DNA of 64,000 nucleotides from Ruditapes philippinarum (Eukaryota): NCBI RefSeq assembly GCF_026571515.1, contig NW_026862991.1, positions 1 to 64,000 of the forward strand, read 5' to 3'. Shown piece by piece: positions 1 to 12,300 of this stretch (position 1 is its first letter; each line of letters starts with the position of its first letter). The notes under the pieces were generated by a model. It saw only the letters and a program-made list of their open reading frames with translations, ran no database searches and was not told where the DNA came from. The position numbers and the translations under genes were made by a program.

Positions 1-107
1 ATTCCCATTCACATATCAGCTCTTGCCTTTATAATATACTCATTTTAGATGAGTGTTTGATAACAAAATGTGCATTATATATGCAAATAAACGCTGATAT
101 ATTTTAC

Positions 108-317
108 CTGGCAAGAGTGTCATCAATTGTCTGACTGACCGAAGCAATTCACATTTCCACTAGCGGCCATTATCGTAATTGAAACTAACGCAATGTTCAA
201 GTGCTAGACAAGATTGTGCGCAGGCATTTGCTGTCGATACTTTAGGTGTTGTTGAGATAGGAGGCGATATGAATTTTCCATCTTCTAAGTCGGAAAACTG
301 TTTTAAAGGATCACCAC
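108..317 (-). CDS. Exon encoding PAN/Apple-like domain (contains in-frame TAG at 160-162)
   Basis: AG/GT bounded, phase-1 start; GDPLKQFSDLEDGKFISPPISTTPKVSTANACAQSCLALEHCVSFNYDNGR*WKCELL matches the PAN pattern C-x3-C-x5-C-x-SFNY-x(n)-C-x-L. Confidence 0.7.
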
Positions 318-3300
318 CTATAAATAAATCAAAATCACTTTCATATACACAGTTTATGTTAACTACCAGAATATTCCATCAAGTTTAGAATAACAATATT
401 TATACCGCAAATTCAACCACTCCTGCAGAGATTACTCAGGTACTGAACAAAGTGCAAATGCTGAATGATTAAGTATTTTCTATGAATATCATTTTCGGCA
501 CATACCCGAAGGAACATGTGGCCTTTCGTATATATTTTGCAGTGTCCACGGAATCAATTGATCCCCATAACTCCCCTTTCCGTATCCGACACCTATGTAA
601 GATTCAGTAATGATTGAGTCGTCGTGAACTAACACCGATGCCTTAATGTCATTCGGATTGCTCGTTGACAGGAATGCTGGAGAAATTCTCGCAGTAGGTT
701 CTGTAGTATCGTAAGTTGTAAGCATGCATGTTACGCCTGCTCTAGTGCCAGCACTATTTTCAGCATAAACCGTGTAATACAATGGCTCTCCGGACGGATA
801 TTCATTTACCGCCTGTAATGAGAATAAAATTTATAGAATAAGGTATATGCACCATCAAATTGTTTACATAGTTTTATTCTCCGGACGGACATTCTGTAAT
901 GAAAAAAAGCAAATTCGTTGAACTGATTAATCCCGTACAAATCACTGAATTGAAACGATACCAAGCCTACACAATTAGCAAGGTCAAGCAAAAGTACACG
1001 TGTACTTTTTCAGATAAAATAAATAAAAATATTATTTTAACATTCATTTAAAGTAATGTGTTTATAAAATAAGTCAGATGCAAACAATCGAAAGCATCAT
1101 ACTTTAAATTTAAATAAAGCATTTTAATATTAGATGTAGGAAACACTGCAAAATATGTTTCTACATTAAACTGTCATGTTTTGGTAAGTGTACCTTAAAC
1201 TGACATATTAATATACACACTGTTATTTGCTTTATTAAAATGCAAGAATATAATAATTTTTATGAAATTAATATAAATTGAACACACCAATGGGTAACAT
1301 AAAAATTCAAGGTGTATTTGGTGTCTTTTGGTATTTTTATATACAAGAGTCTCTTTATATTGGACAAATCTTATAGAATGTTATTTAAAACCCATTTAAT
1401 TCTAATCTTGAATAAGAGATTCACAAGAGAATCAATGACATTTTTAAAGCAGTCAAAATATTGTTAAATTTTTAAATGGAAGGAACATACTTGGTTGACA
1501 CTCACTCGATGGTGTTTCATGATTAATATCTAAGCTCTAGCTCTTTGGGTATTTTTAAAGAAGATTTTTTTAAGTTTTTACTTTACACATATAAAAGGAA
1601 AATCAATGACCCCTGCCCCTGGCAGGGCCAATTTTAACCCAAGGGTTTTTATTTGAACAAACTTGGTAGACAACCAATAGAAGATGTTTCATACTAAACA
1701 TCTAAGCTCTAGCTCGTTGGGATTTATTTTAAGTTTTTACTATACACATATAGTTAAAAACAATGACACCCCTGGGGCGGGGTCAATTTTGACCCCAGGG
1801 CTTTTATTTGAGACACTCACTAGAAGATGTCTCATGCTTAATATCTAAACTCTAGCTATTTGGGTTTTTTAAAAGAAGATATTTTAAGTATTTCTATACA
1901 CAAAAAGGAAAAAACAATGACCCCCCCGGGGTTAAATTTTTAACTAAGGCTCTTTTTTGAACAAAATTGGGAAAAAATCTATTGAAATGTTCACAAAAAA
2001 TATTAGCTCTAGCTCTTTGGGTTCTTTGAAAGAAGATTTTTAAGTTTTTACTATAATGCATATAGGGAAAATCAATAACCCCCTGGAGCGGGGCCAATTT
2101 TGACCCCAGGGCTTTTATTTGCACAAACTTGATAGACACCTACACTATTAGAAGATGTTTCATGGTAAAAATCTTAGCTCTAGCTCTTTGGGTTCTTTAA
2201 AAGAGAATTTTTTAGGTTTTTACTATATGCTTATAGGGAAAATCAATGACCCCCCTGGGGCGGGGCCAATTTTTACCCAAGGGCTTTTATTGGAATAAAC
2301 TTGGTAGACACTCACTAGAAAATGTTTCATGCCAAATATCTAAGATTTAGCTCTTTCGGTTTTTAAAAGAAGATATTTAAAGTTTTTTTCTTTTGGTTGC
2401 CAAGTCAACCAGAGTTCTGCATGAAATTAAATTCTTTGGTGACCAACAAAGGAACATTCATGTGTAGTTTGAGTGAAATTGGCTTAGTGGTTTATGAGGA
2501 GATGTCATTTAAATTAAAAGTTTACGGACGACGGTCGGACGGACGGCGGACGAAAAACGATCAAAAAAGCTCACACTGTAAGTTCGTGACAGGTGAGCTA
2601 AAAGAATTATAAAGGTTGTTTCTGAAATACCCTTAAGATTAATGAACAGTTACGACGTGTATACGTTTCAGAAAGAACCTTTATATTAATTTACTTATTT
2701 TAGAATGACCATTGAGATTCCACGATTTCAGTCTGTAATTGTAAAGTGACTAATAGAAATTCTACATATATTCAGATCTTTCTTGTAAACTTTACAGGAA
2801 GTCAACCCGTTCTCAGATAGATTTCGTCCGAAAAAATAGAAAAATAAATAAGTTGGATTTAAAACCGAAGAGCCCTTGGTTTCAATACAATGAAAAATAG
2901 TTCTAGACTTTATAAATATTCTAGAGACTGAAAGTCATGTATAAGAAAGATTCTGCGTTCAAAGACTTGTATAATGCTATAGGCCCGTAAGTATAAAATT
3001 GTTTTTCTTATATCATTTATTGCCGTTTAACTGTGACATGTGTACATTCAATACATGCTCTCATTTCATTATGAACATTATATCATGAGTTATACAGAAA
3101 AGGAAACCTTACTGTTGCCAAGACAGTTGATGATCCACCAAGCTGACGGTTGTTTACAACGTTACTTCCGGCAGGGAATGTTCCGACGTCAAGGAAAAAC
3201 TTAACGTTACTTTTGTCGTCTGCTGCTGCTACAGATATTTCAAACGCTGGTTCGGTATAATCCCTATTCTTTATCTGGCTTATGTCACACGTAGATGTTG

Positions 3301-6300
3301 ACCTTTTTCCGCGCCTCTAGATGAATAAAAATAATAAAAAAGATAAAATCAAAGAATTATGTAAAAAAAAATATCAGAAAATTGTTTGGTAACATGTGTT
3401 TAATAAAAAAAAAACATTGATTTTGTATACTACTTTATTTGAAATCAACAATTCCCCTTATATCGTTCAATGGTAATTAAGAATGTGGCCTCATAACCTT
3501 GACAGTGTCGGTGCAACTTAAAATCAAATAAAAGTCTTCTATTCTGTACACAGATTACATATACTTACGCCCTTTATGTTAACTACAGGTGAGAACTGGG
3601 GTGGCGATTCATCTTGTTCTTTCGTTGAAACGTCGATCAAGTTCTTCCTTATACTTGGTGCCGTATATTCCCAAATGTTTGTGCTGAATAGCGTCTTTTT
3701 CATTGAGATAAAGCCAAGATTCACTTCAAGCGTTACCAGTGCCTTTAAACGCAGGCTGATTGGAATTAGTTCCATATCCATTTTCAATCTACAAAACATT
3801 TAGATTATTTTTATTAAGGATAATTTTTAATGAGAGAAGTTATTGCATTTGTTTATTTTTAGAGTTTTCAATCATAAAGTATCTAAAATGTAATCCTTTT
3901 AAGTTCAATAACATTTGTCGACTATGGGTTCTGCGCATTAGACTAGATACTATCATTACATAGATGGATAAGACTACACATTTTTTGGTAACTTAAACGA
4001 AAGTGATGAGATAAAGTGAATGTTAATTATCATAACTCACGTGACATCCAATGGGAATTTTGAAAATCCAATTTCAGCACGAGTAGGAAACCTTAGATCC
4101 ATGATGTCACCTTCCAGTCGAAGCTTAGCATACAGTAAATAACCTACACCAACTTCTCCCCAACAAGTTAAGCCTCCATAAGGTACGACTGTTGCTCCGG
4201 CTGTTTGAGCAATAAGTTTTCCTTCCCATCCAAGATTCAGGCCATAATATCCTCCAGCCCCAAACGCTTCATCATATTGATAGTATGGCAATTAACATCA
4301 TATGAATAGTATGGCAATTAACATCATATGGATAGTATGGCAATTAACATCATATGAATAGTATGGCAATTAACATCATAAGGATAGTATGGCAATTAAC
4401 ATCATATGGATAGTATGGCAATTAACATCATAAGGATAGTATGGCAATTAACATCATATGGATAGTATGGCAATTAACATCATACGAATAGTATGACAAT
4501 TAATTAACATTTCCTTATGATATTATTCTCATAACTTACACTTAAACTAACCAACTATTGTATTATTATATCATAGTATTCCTGGAAAGTTTTGCTAAAC
4601 TAGAAATGTGTCCATAGGACACGGGTGCCCCCACACTCCACTGATCTTATGTCTCTAGGTCAAATATTTTTGTGGCTACATGTGCCCAAGTTGAAAACTA
4701 AAAATCTTTTATTAAGAAAAGGGCAAGAACTACAAATACTAAATAAATCCACAAGCAAACCCCATGGTGCATAAGTACACATGCTGACCAACATTCTTAT
4801 AAACTTTCTGGTCTACAGGTCAAATACTTTTGAGCTATGCATGAACAAGTTGAAAATTGCAAATTTATACTTAGTCAAGGGCAATAACTTTCACGAAACA
4901 GAATACATTCACAAGCAAAACCCCATTTGCACTACTTCCCATGCTGATTAGCATTACTGCAATGTTTCATGACCCTAGGTTAAATACTTTTGACCTATGT
5001 GCAACACAAGTTGAAAATTGATTTTTTTTTACTAAATCAAGGGCAATAACTCTACAAAAACTATATAAGTTCACATGAAAATACACAGGTGCACAACTAT
5101 ACATGCTGATCAACATTCCAGTAAAGTTTCCAGACCCTAGGTCAAATACTTTTTCAGCCATGAGCAACACAAGTTGAAAATTGCAAATTTTTATTAAGTT
5201 AAGGGCTTTAATTCTGAGAAAACAGAGAATAAATCCGCAAGCAAAACCCTAGGTACACAACATCACATGCTTACCAACATTCCTGTAAGGTTTCATGACT
5301 CTAGGTCAAATACATGCAACACAAGTTGAAAATTGTAAATTTTTACTTAGTCAAGGGCAATAATTCTAAAAGTAGTAAATATATCCGCACAAAAATACCC
5401 AGGTGCATAACTACACATGCTGATCAACATTTCTGTAGGGTTTCATGACTCTAGGTCAAATATTTTTCGAGTTACTTGCGACACAAAGTTGAAAATTGGA
5501 AATTTTTACTCAGTAAAGCGAAATACCTCAAGCAAAACCCTAGGTACACAACATCACATGCTTACCAACATTCCTGTAAGGTTTCATGACTCTAGGTCAA
5601 ATACTTTTTAAGTTACATGCAACACAAGTTGAAAATTGTAAATTTTTACTAAGTCAAGGGCAATAATTCTAAAAGTAGTAAAAATATCCATATGAAAATA
5701 TCCAGGCGCACAACTACATATGCTGATCATCATTCCTGTAAGGTTTCATGACTCTAGGTCAACTATTTTTTGAGCTACGTGCGACACAAAAAGAGAACGG
5801 ACGGAAGGATGGACAAGGGTAAATCTAAATGCCCCTCCAATAGTGGGGGCCTAAAAAATGCTGACTTAAACATAAGTCGAAGCAGATTATCTCCCATATC
5901 TAGTAGTCTTGGTATCGTGTTGCTACAAAACTGTTTTTTAAATGTTTCATATCCGATGGGTTAATGTTATAACAATACTGTGTTTAAGTTTGATGAGAAC
6001 GTTATTAAATATAAAAGTAAAAATATGCTTACAAAATGTCACAATTATGAAACCACCAATGTTAAATTCTGTATTGAATTCAAAGAATATGATGTTTTTC
6101 CTTGGTATTATAAATTGCCCAGTCAACGAGATGTCGAAGGATTTGAATGGGTTGCCATTGCCTCCGGAGAATATTTTTTCTATTACTTCAGAATACTAAA
6201 AGAAAAAACATTTTGAATTAATTAAAAATTCATACAAGCTATCTTACTTATTATTCTTATGAGTAAAATATGTACAGTGAACAAAAACTCTGGTTTTTGC

Positions 6301-9300
6301 ATAAACATCTTGATTTAAAAGTATTTACTTTTTCACCCTGATTAAATCAAACTACATGCCTTCTTTTGCATTAATATGTATTTTATAACTGATGATCCCT
6401 GATGATCCGAAAAAAATGAAATAATGCTATGCATCTTAAAAGAAAAATATTACAGTGAAGCATGATTTAACAAGAGCTGTCACCCAAATGACGAATGCCC
6501 CCGATAAGGTTTCTTAAGCATGCACGTATTATGAAAAGGAAAGAGAATGAAAGTAAATAATTGCTGAATATTGTTCTGTGTATTATTGTACATGTAATCT
6601 CTAATTGTGATAGCATGAACCTTCAAAAATATAAGTGTGACCTTGACCTTTGAAGAAGGGACGTGGTTCCTGGACGCAACAAAATGTTGTTATGAGATAG
6701 ACATTTGTTCCAAATTATTTCAAAATCCCTCAATGCCTGACAAAGTTACAGTCTGGCCATGATTGTTGTGCAAGTGGGGACGCACAGACAGACGGACATG
6801 AGCCTTAGCGGCGACACATTGTCTTGATGTGGTAGACATTTGTGCCAAGTTATTTCCAAATCCTTCCATGCACGACAAAGTTACAGTCCGGACATGAATG
6901 TGTATCTTCAAACTCTTCTCGAGAGAACGAGTACCTACAAAGAATAAGTGTGACGTTGACCTTAAAGGTAGGGACATGGGTCTTTGTCGTGACACGTTGT
7001 CTTGATGTGGTAGACATTTATCCCTAATTATTTTAAAATCCTTCGATGCATGACAAAGTTACAGCCCGGTAAGAATGTGTGTACTTATAAACTCTAATTG
7101 TGATAAAGTGAACTTCAAAAGGTAGTGTGACCATGACCTTTGAGGTAGGGACGTGATTACTGGACACGACACATTGTTTTGATGTTGTAGACATTTATGC
7201 CTAGTTATTTTACAATTTTTCAAAGCATGACAAAGTTACAGTCCGAACACAAACGTGTGTATCTATTTTCTCTAATTGCGATAATGTAAAACTTCAAAAT
7301 GATAGTGTGACCTTGACCTTTGAGGTAGAGACGTTATTCATGGACGCGACACATCGTCTCGATGTGGTAAACATGTTTGTCCAGTTATTTTGAAATCATT
7401 TAATGCATGACAAAGACACAGTCCGGACACGAATGTGTGTACCTATTTTCTCTAATTGCGATAATGTAAATCTTCAAAATGATAGTGTGACCTTCACCTT
7501 TGAGGTAGAGACGTAACTCTTGGACACGACATATCGTCTTAATGTGATAGATATTTATGCCTAGTTATTTTAAAATCATTCAATGCATGATAAATTTACA
7601 GTCCGGACACGAATGTGTGTACCTATTTACTCTAATTGCGATAATGTGAAACTTCAAAATTATAGTGTGACCTTGACCTTAGAGGAAGGGATGTGGTTCT
7701 TAGACCCGACACATCTTTTTGATGTGGTAGACATTTTTGCCAAGTTATTTTAAAATCCCTCATTGTATGACAAAGTTACAGTCCGGACACGAATTAAGTG
7801 GGGACGCACAGACAGACGGAGATACTTACAAAATGGTACTTATGTGACTTTTCCTTTGATCTTTTTCGCCATTTTAGTCACACAAGGCTTAGAAAAAGAC
7901 ACACAAGTAAAAACTGGATTAATAGGATCAAAGAGAATTTACTGTTACCCATTGTTCTCTAAGTCACACAAGTACCTCTGGGTTTGTACGGACAACAGGA
8001 CGGAGGGACAGACGATGCGATTATATTATACCTCCTTTCAGGGGCATAAAAAGGTGTTCATTTTTTTTTCTTACCAAAGCTTTAGCTAGATCTATAAAAT
8101 CATGAACAAGTTTTCCAATCACAGTAGGATCGACTTTATTGGTTTCCAGCATGGCTTCCAAATCACCTATTGTCATATTTGCAAGCTCTGCACCGAGTAA
8201 TTCCGTCCCCTTCTTTGAAAGTCCCATTCCGACAACAAACAGCTGATCAGTCCGAGTAACAATGTCATTTACTTCATCGATCATACCTACGATTTTATCG
8301 GCTGTTTTAAGAGAGAAAAAAAGAACACACACATTTGACTAATTAAGTTTAAAGTGATCTGAGAGTTAATTGTTTAATCACAAATATGATACATGATACA
8401 TTTATTCTAAATCTGTTGTATCTGACTACTGTATATTACATGTAACTGTAATATAAAGATGGTAAACATAATATCTCCCTTAGCTGATCGTTGATATTAA
8501 GAGCTAAACAGATCCATGTATGTGTTATTTGTCCACATGTCCATTACAATATCTACGACGCGATGTAAAGCATTACTAAAATGATCATAATACATACTGC
8601 TTTAAACAGAATTCCGTCGTTTGTATTTTATGAAATTTTGTTTACAGACACTGTTTTGAACATAACACTGAATTCCTCTTGTGCATTTGATAAATAAGAC
8701 AAAACTAAATAAATACTGCACTTGTATAAATACTTGCAACTCTCTGAATGTAACACTTTAATCCAGAAAATATATTCATACAATTAAACTTCACCTTTTT
8801 ACTCGAATTTTCTATTTCTAAGAACTAAGCTGACTTGATATAAGTGATATTCGGTTTAATATATATTTATTCATATATCACTACTCCTAAATTATGATGA
8901 ATGTCAGATATGATTTAACTTATATGCAGGTTATCTTACCGCCTTTAATATCCTCTTTCACATAACCTTCTGATTGTCTGTGTTTCATTGATTGAGGGTT
9001 GTGCTCTCCTAATGCCTTTACGGTAGCTGCATAACTAGTACTAGAATCTGAGTCACTCAATTGCTCCCCTTCCCATACATGTGCTTTTTGATCACTCTTG
9101 AAGAAAAATGAATTATGCATTATTACCATGCTCCATTGAAATGAATAAAAAAACACATTAAAACAATACACAGACAAAATGTATTTTTAAAAAATTCACT
9201 TCGAACTTTTTCCACTTTGTTTTCATGTGCAACAGGAGCAAAAATTAGTTTAAAACTAAACAAAATGAAATTATTCTGACATGAAATCATATATAAATAT

Positions 9301-12300
9301 ACATAAAGTATTTACTCATCAGAACAACTGCAGATGTATTATAGGACATGTACATTAGATACAGCTTAACACATGATTTTGTTTATACCTGGTATTTGAT
9401 AGCATCATTAATAAATTGCTGTATATTTTCTTCCGATGTTCCTTGGCTGATTAAAATTGTCACTGCTTCTTTTATGTCCATACCAAGTCTGTCCGATGAA
9501 ATAAATATGAAACACATATATTCCTTCTGGATGAAAATAATTTGGTGTAGCTTAATGTTATCGGATAAATTACGTTGAGAAATAATGTTATTATAGGTCT
9601 ATTTTACATCAAATTCATTAGCTTTACATATTTGAAATTCCCTGTAATGAATGTAATACTCACGTAACGACATCTTGAACAGCCTGACGTCGTCGTCGTC
9701 TCTTGCGAGACGAACATTTTAATGATTGTGACATTCGAAAATTAAGTTGACAATCATTCGAATTCTGAGTGCTTGTGCATACTATCACGGTTACTGATAC
9801 ATCGTAACTTGTTGATGCAGTATTAGTTACATTCATATCAATGAAGATCGCATCAGCTATAGCCTCGTGTATAGGTCCTGTGCAAATATGATATATACAT
9901 ATTGTATCACAGTTAAAGATTAAAACAATTTGTTTCCCCCTTGAGTAAACACCCCACGTGTCATTTATATTTCAAAACAATTATAATAAGTAAACTTGTT
10001 ATATCGATAATAAAAGTAATAAGATATTAATGTTTTAGATAAAGTAAACACCTACTGCTAAGTTCAGAAACTGGTCTATTCCATTTCTTGTTTTCGAGTC
10101 CATATTGGAACTTGCTATTTTCACAATCACGATTAAATTCTAGCATTACATTTCGTTTGCCCTCACTGAAATGAAATTCCGTACAACACTGAATTCCTGA
10201 GCAATCTGGGGACCAAGCACAACTGTTCTGGAGTTCGTCTGGTAATGTATCACATGCTGGAAGAAACATTGCATACTCTTTGCTTACAAAATCTTTAAAG
10301 CGTGACTGGTCCAACTGTATAAGCTACATTAAAGGCAAATCATACCCAATACGGTTAAATTTTTACTTCTTTAAAAAAGGAGCGAACATGAATATTACAA
10401 CATTTTAATAATGGTTTAAAAGCATGTTTAATGCTTCTTACATGAAGAAAAGAGCACTTTATGTGAAATTGTTTTTCATAAATGCAAAAAGTATAAACAA
10501 GTAGTTTTTTCACTTCATTCAAAATACTAAATTACTGTAACTTAACTAATTACCAAATAGCTTCAGAACAAAACATGGATCAGGTAATTAGCCAATGAGT
10601 ATCATTTTGAACACTATGAAAATACATCAAAAATAAAAAAAATTGAATACTAAAACTGAAAGAATTTCTGGGACATAATGGGTCTTTAAAAGGGAATAAC
10701 TCGATGATTATTCCTCTTAATCGTAAATAAACACGAGATTTGGCATACTGTCATGATAACACATGCACAACGGATAGCCTATTATCAGGCTCATAAGTAA
10801 CCTGATCGATGAATTCATATTTTCATAACTATCATCTCACATTAAAACTTGTTGTTCATCAAATGACATACTCCATTTTTGAACATATGTGGATATTTTA
10901 TTAACTTGATACTACGATAACCGTTTAAATGGCAGGCATATTAGATACAATAGGCGTCAAAAACGATATAAACTTGATCTTTTTCACTCTTAATTTAACA
11001 TATTATTCATTGAATTTCATAAAAGTGATAAACGATTGGTCATGCATACCACTTGCAGTTGCGGTTATGTTTTCAGTTGTGCAGATAGGCTGCCTCCAAA
11101 AGTCATGCGTTATTCCTGTAAGATAATGTTGTAGTTTTAAATAGTGTGTAGATTGTTACAAAATTTTCGTCACAGTGACTTTAAAATGTAAAACATTTAG
11201 AACTTTATCATTTTAATTTATTTGACTAAATTATCAATCTTTAGATTTGTTTTTCTGACAACAATCATTCTAGGAATTTTGCTATTAATGCATTATACCG
11301 TATGGTTCACCAGTCGTTGCTTTGATAAAATTATGTGGCATCACACTCAAGTCTGTGTCAAAAATAGAACGTGTGAAATACAGATTTACATGTTAACTGA
11401 TACATTTTATCAAAAGAAGAATTTCTGCACAGTCATCCTTTACATGTCTAGAGACATGAAGTCAAAAAGATTCATTGAAGTATTTGAAAATGCATTTAAT
11501 TTATATGAAGAAATTAACAAGAGGGCTTTGGTAATATTTTTCAGTAGTTCTTTTTCTGTTTTATTTTTACTTTGATTTCGTAATATCCGTATGCATACGA
11601 CAAACCAAAATGAAAGAGAAACTAATTTTTCTTCAGTAGTCTAACTCTTAATAATAGGAGTGTGATATATAATGTTTACAGAGAAATGAACTTCATAATT
11701 ATGCAGGATGGAAAATAAAATGGCCAGGAATACTGAACTGATGTAGAGGCTTTTCACTAATTGACAGGGTTCTGTACATAAATTTATAAGTATATGTAAA
11801 AGTACTCATACTTTTTTTTTAAATTCTAAGCAACTAATGAATAATAAGGAAGTGTTTTCAAAGTACTAACAAAATTTTTGGTAATTTGGTAAGAAAAGGC
11901 ACCAGGAAGTGTCACAAACAGGTTTTTGCTAATATCCATTGGTTTATATCCCTTTAGAAATACTTTAGAAATAACTTACATCAAAAGTAACAACAAAGAA
12001 CAATTTTTCCCCAAAATAAAGGCCCAACTATACGCATTGTAAGTGACAATCATTCTATGGAAATTATACCAAGTCAATAATAACCTGTGCCTTATGATCA
12101 GTACTTTCAGAAAAAAGCGGTTAGAACAAGTAACATAAAGTGTATGTTAAAGGCAACAACTTAAATATGAAACTCAAGAGTGTTATGCCTATAACTTCTC
12201 AATAAGAATAACTTATAATAAGCTCAAGATAATGGTATTTATACAAAAGTGTAATTATTTTCCATGTGAAAAAGGGGAATATTTTTAGAAATACTGATCA

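Noticed and set aside
160-162. Programmed readthrough or pyrrolysine at TAG
   Set aside because: No support in an animal gene; nearby compensating indels in an error-prone assembly are simpler
4270-4505. CRISPR-like array
   Set aside because: Units are head-to-tail with no unique spacers, no cas genes, eukaryotic intron context
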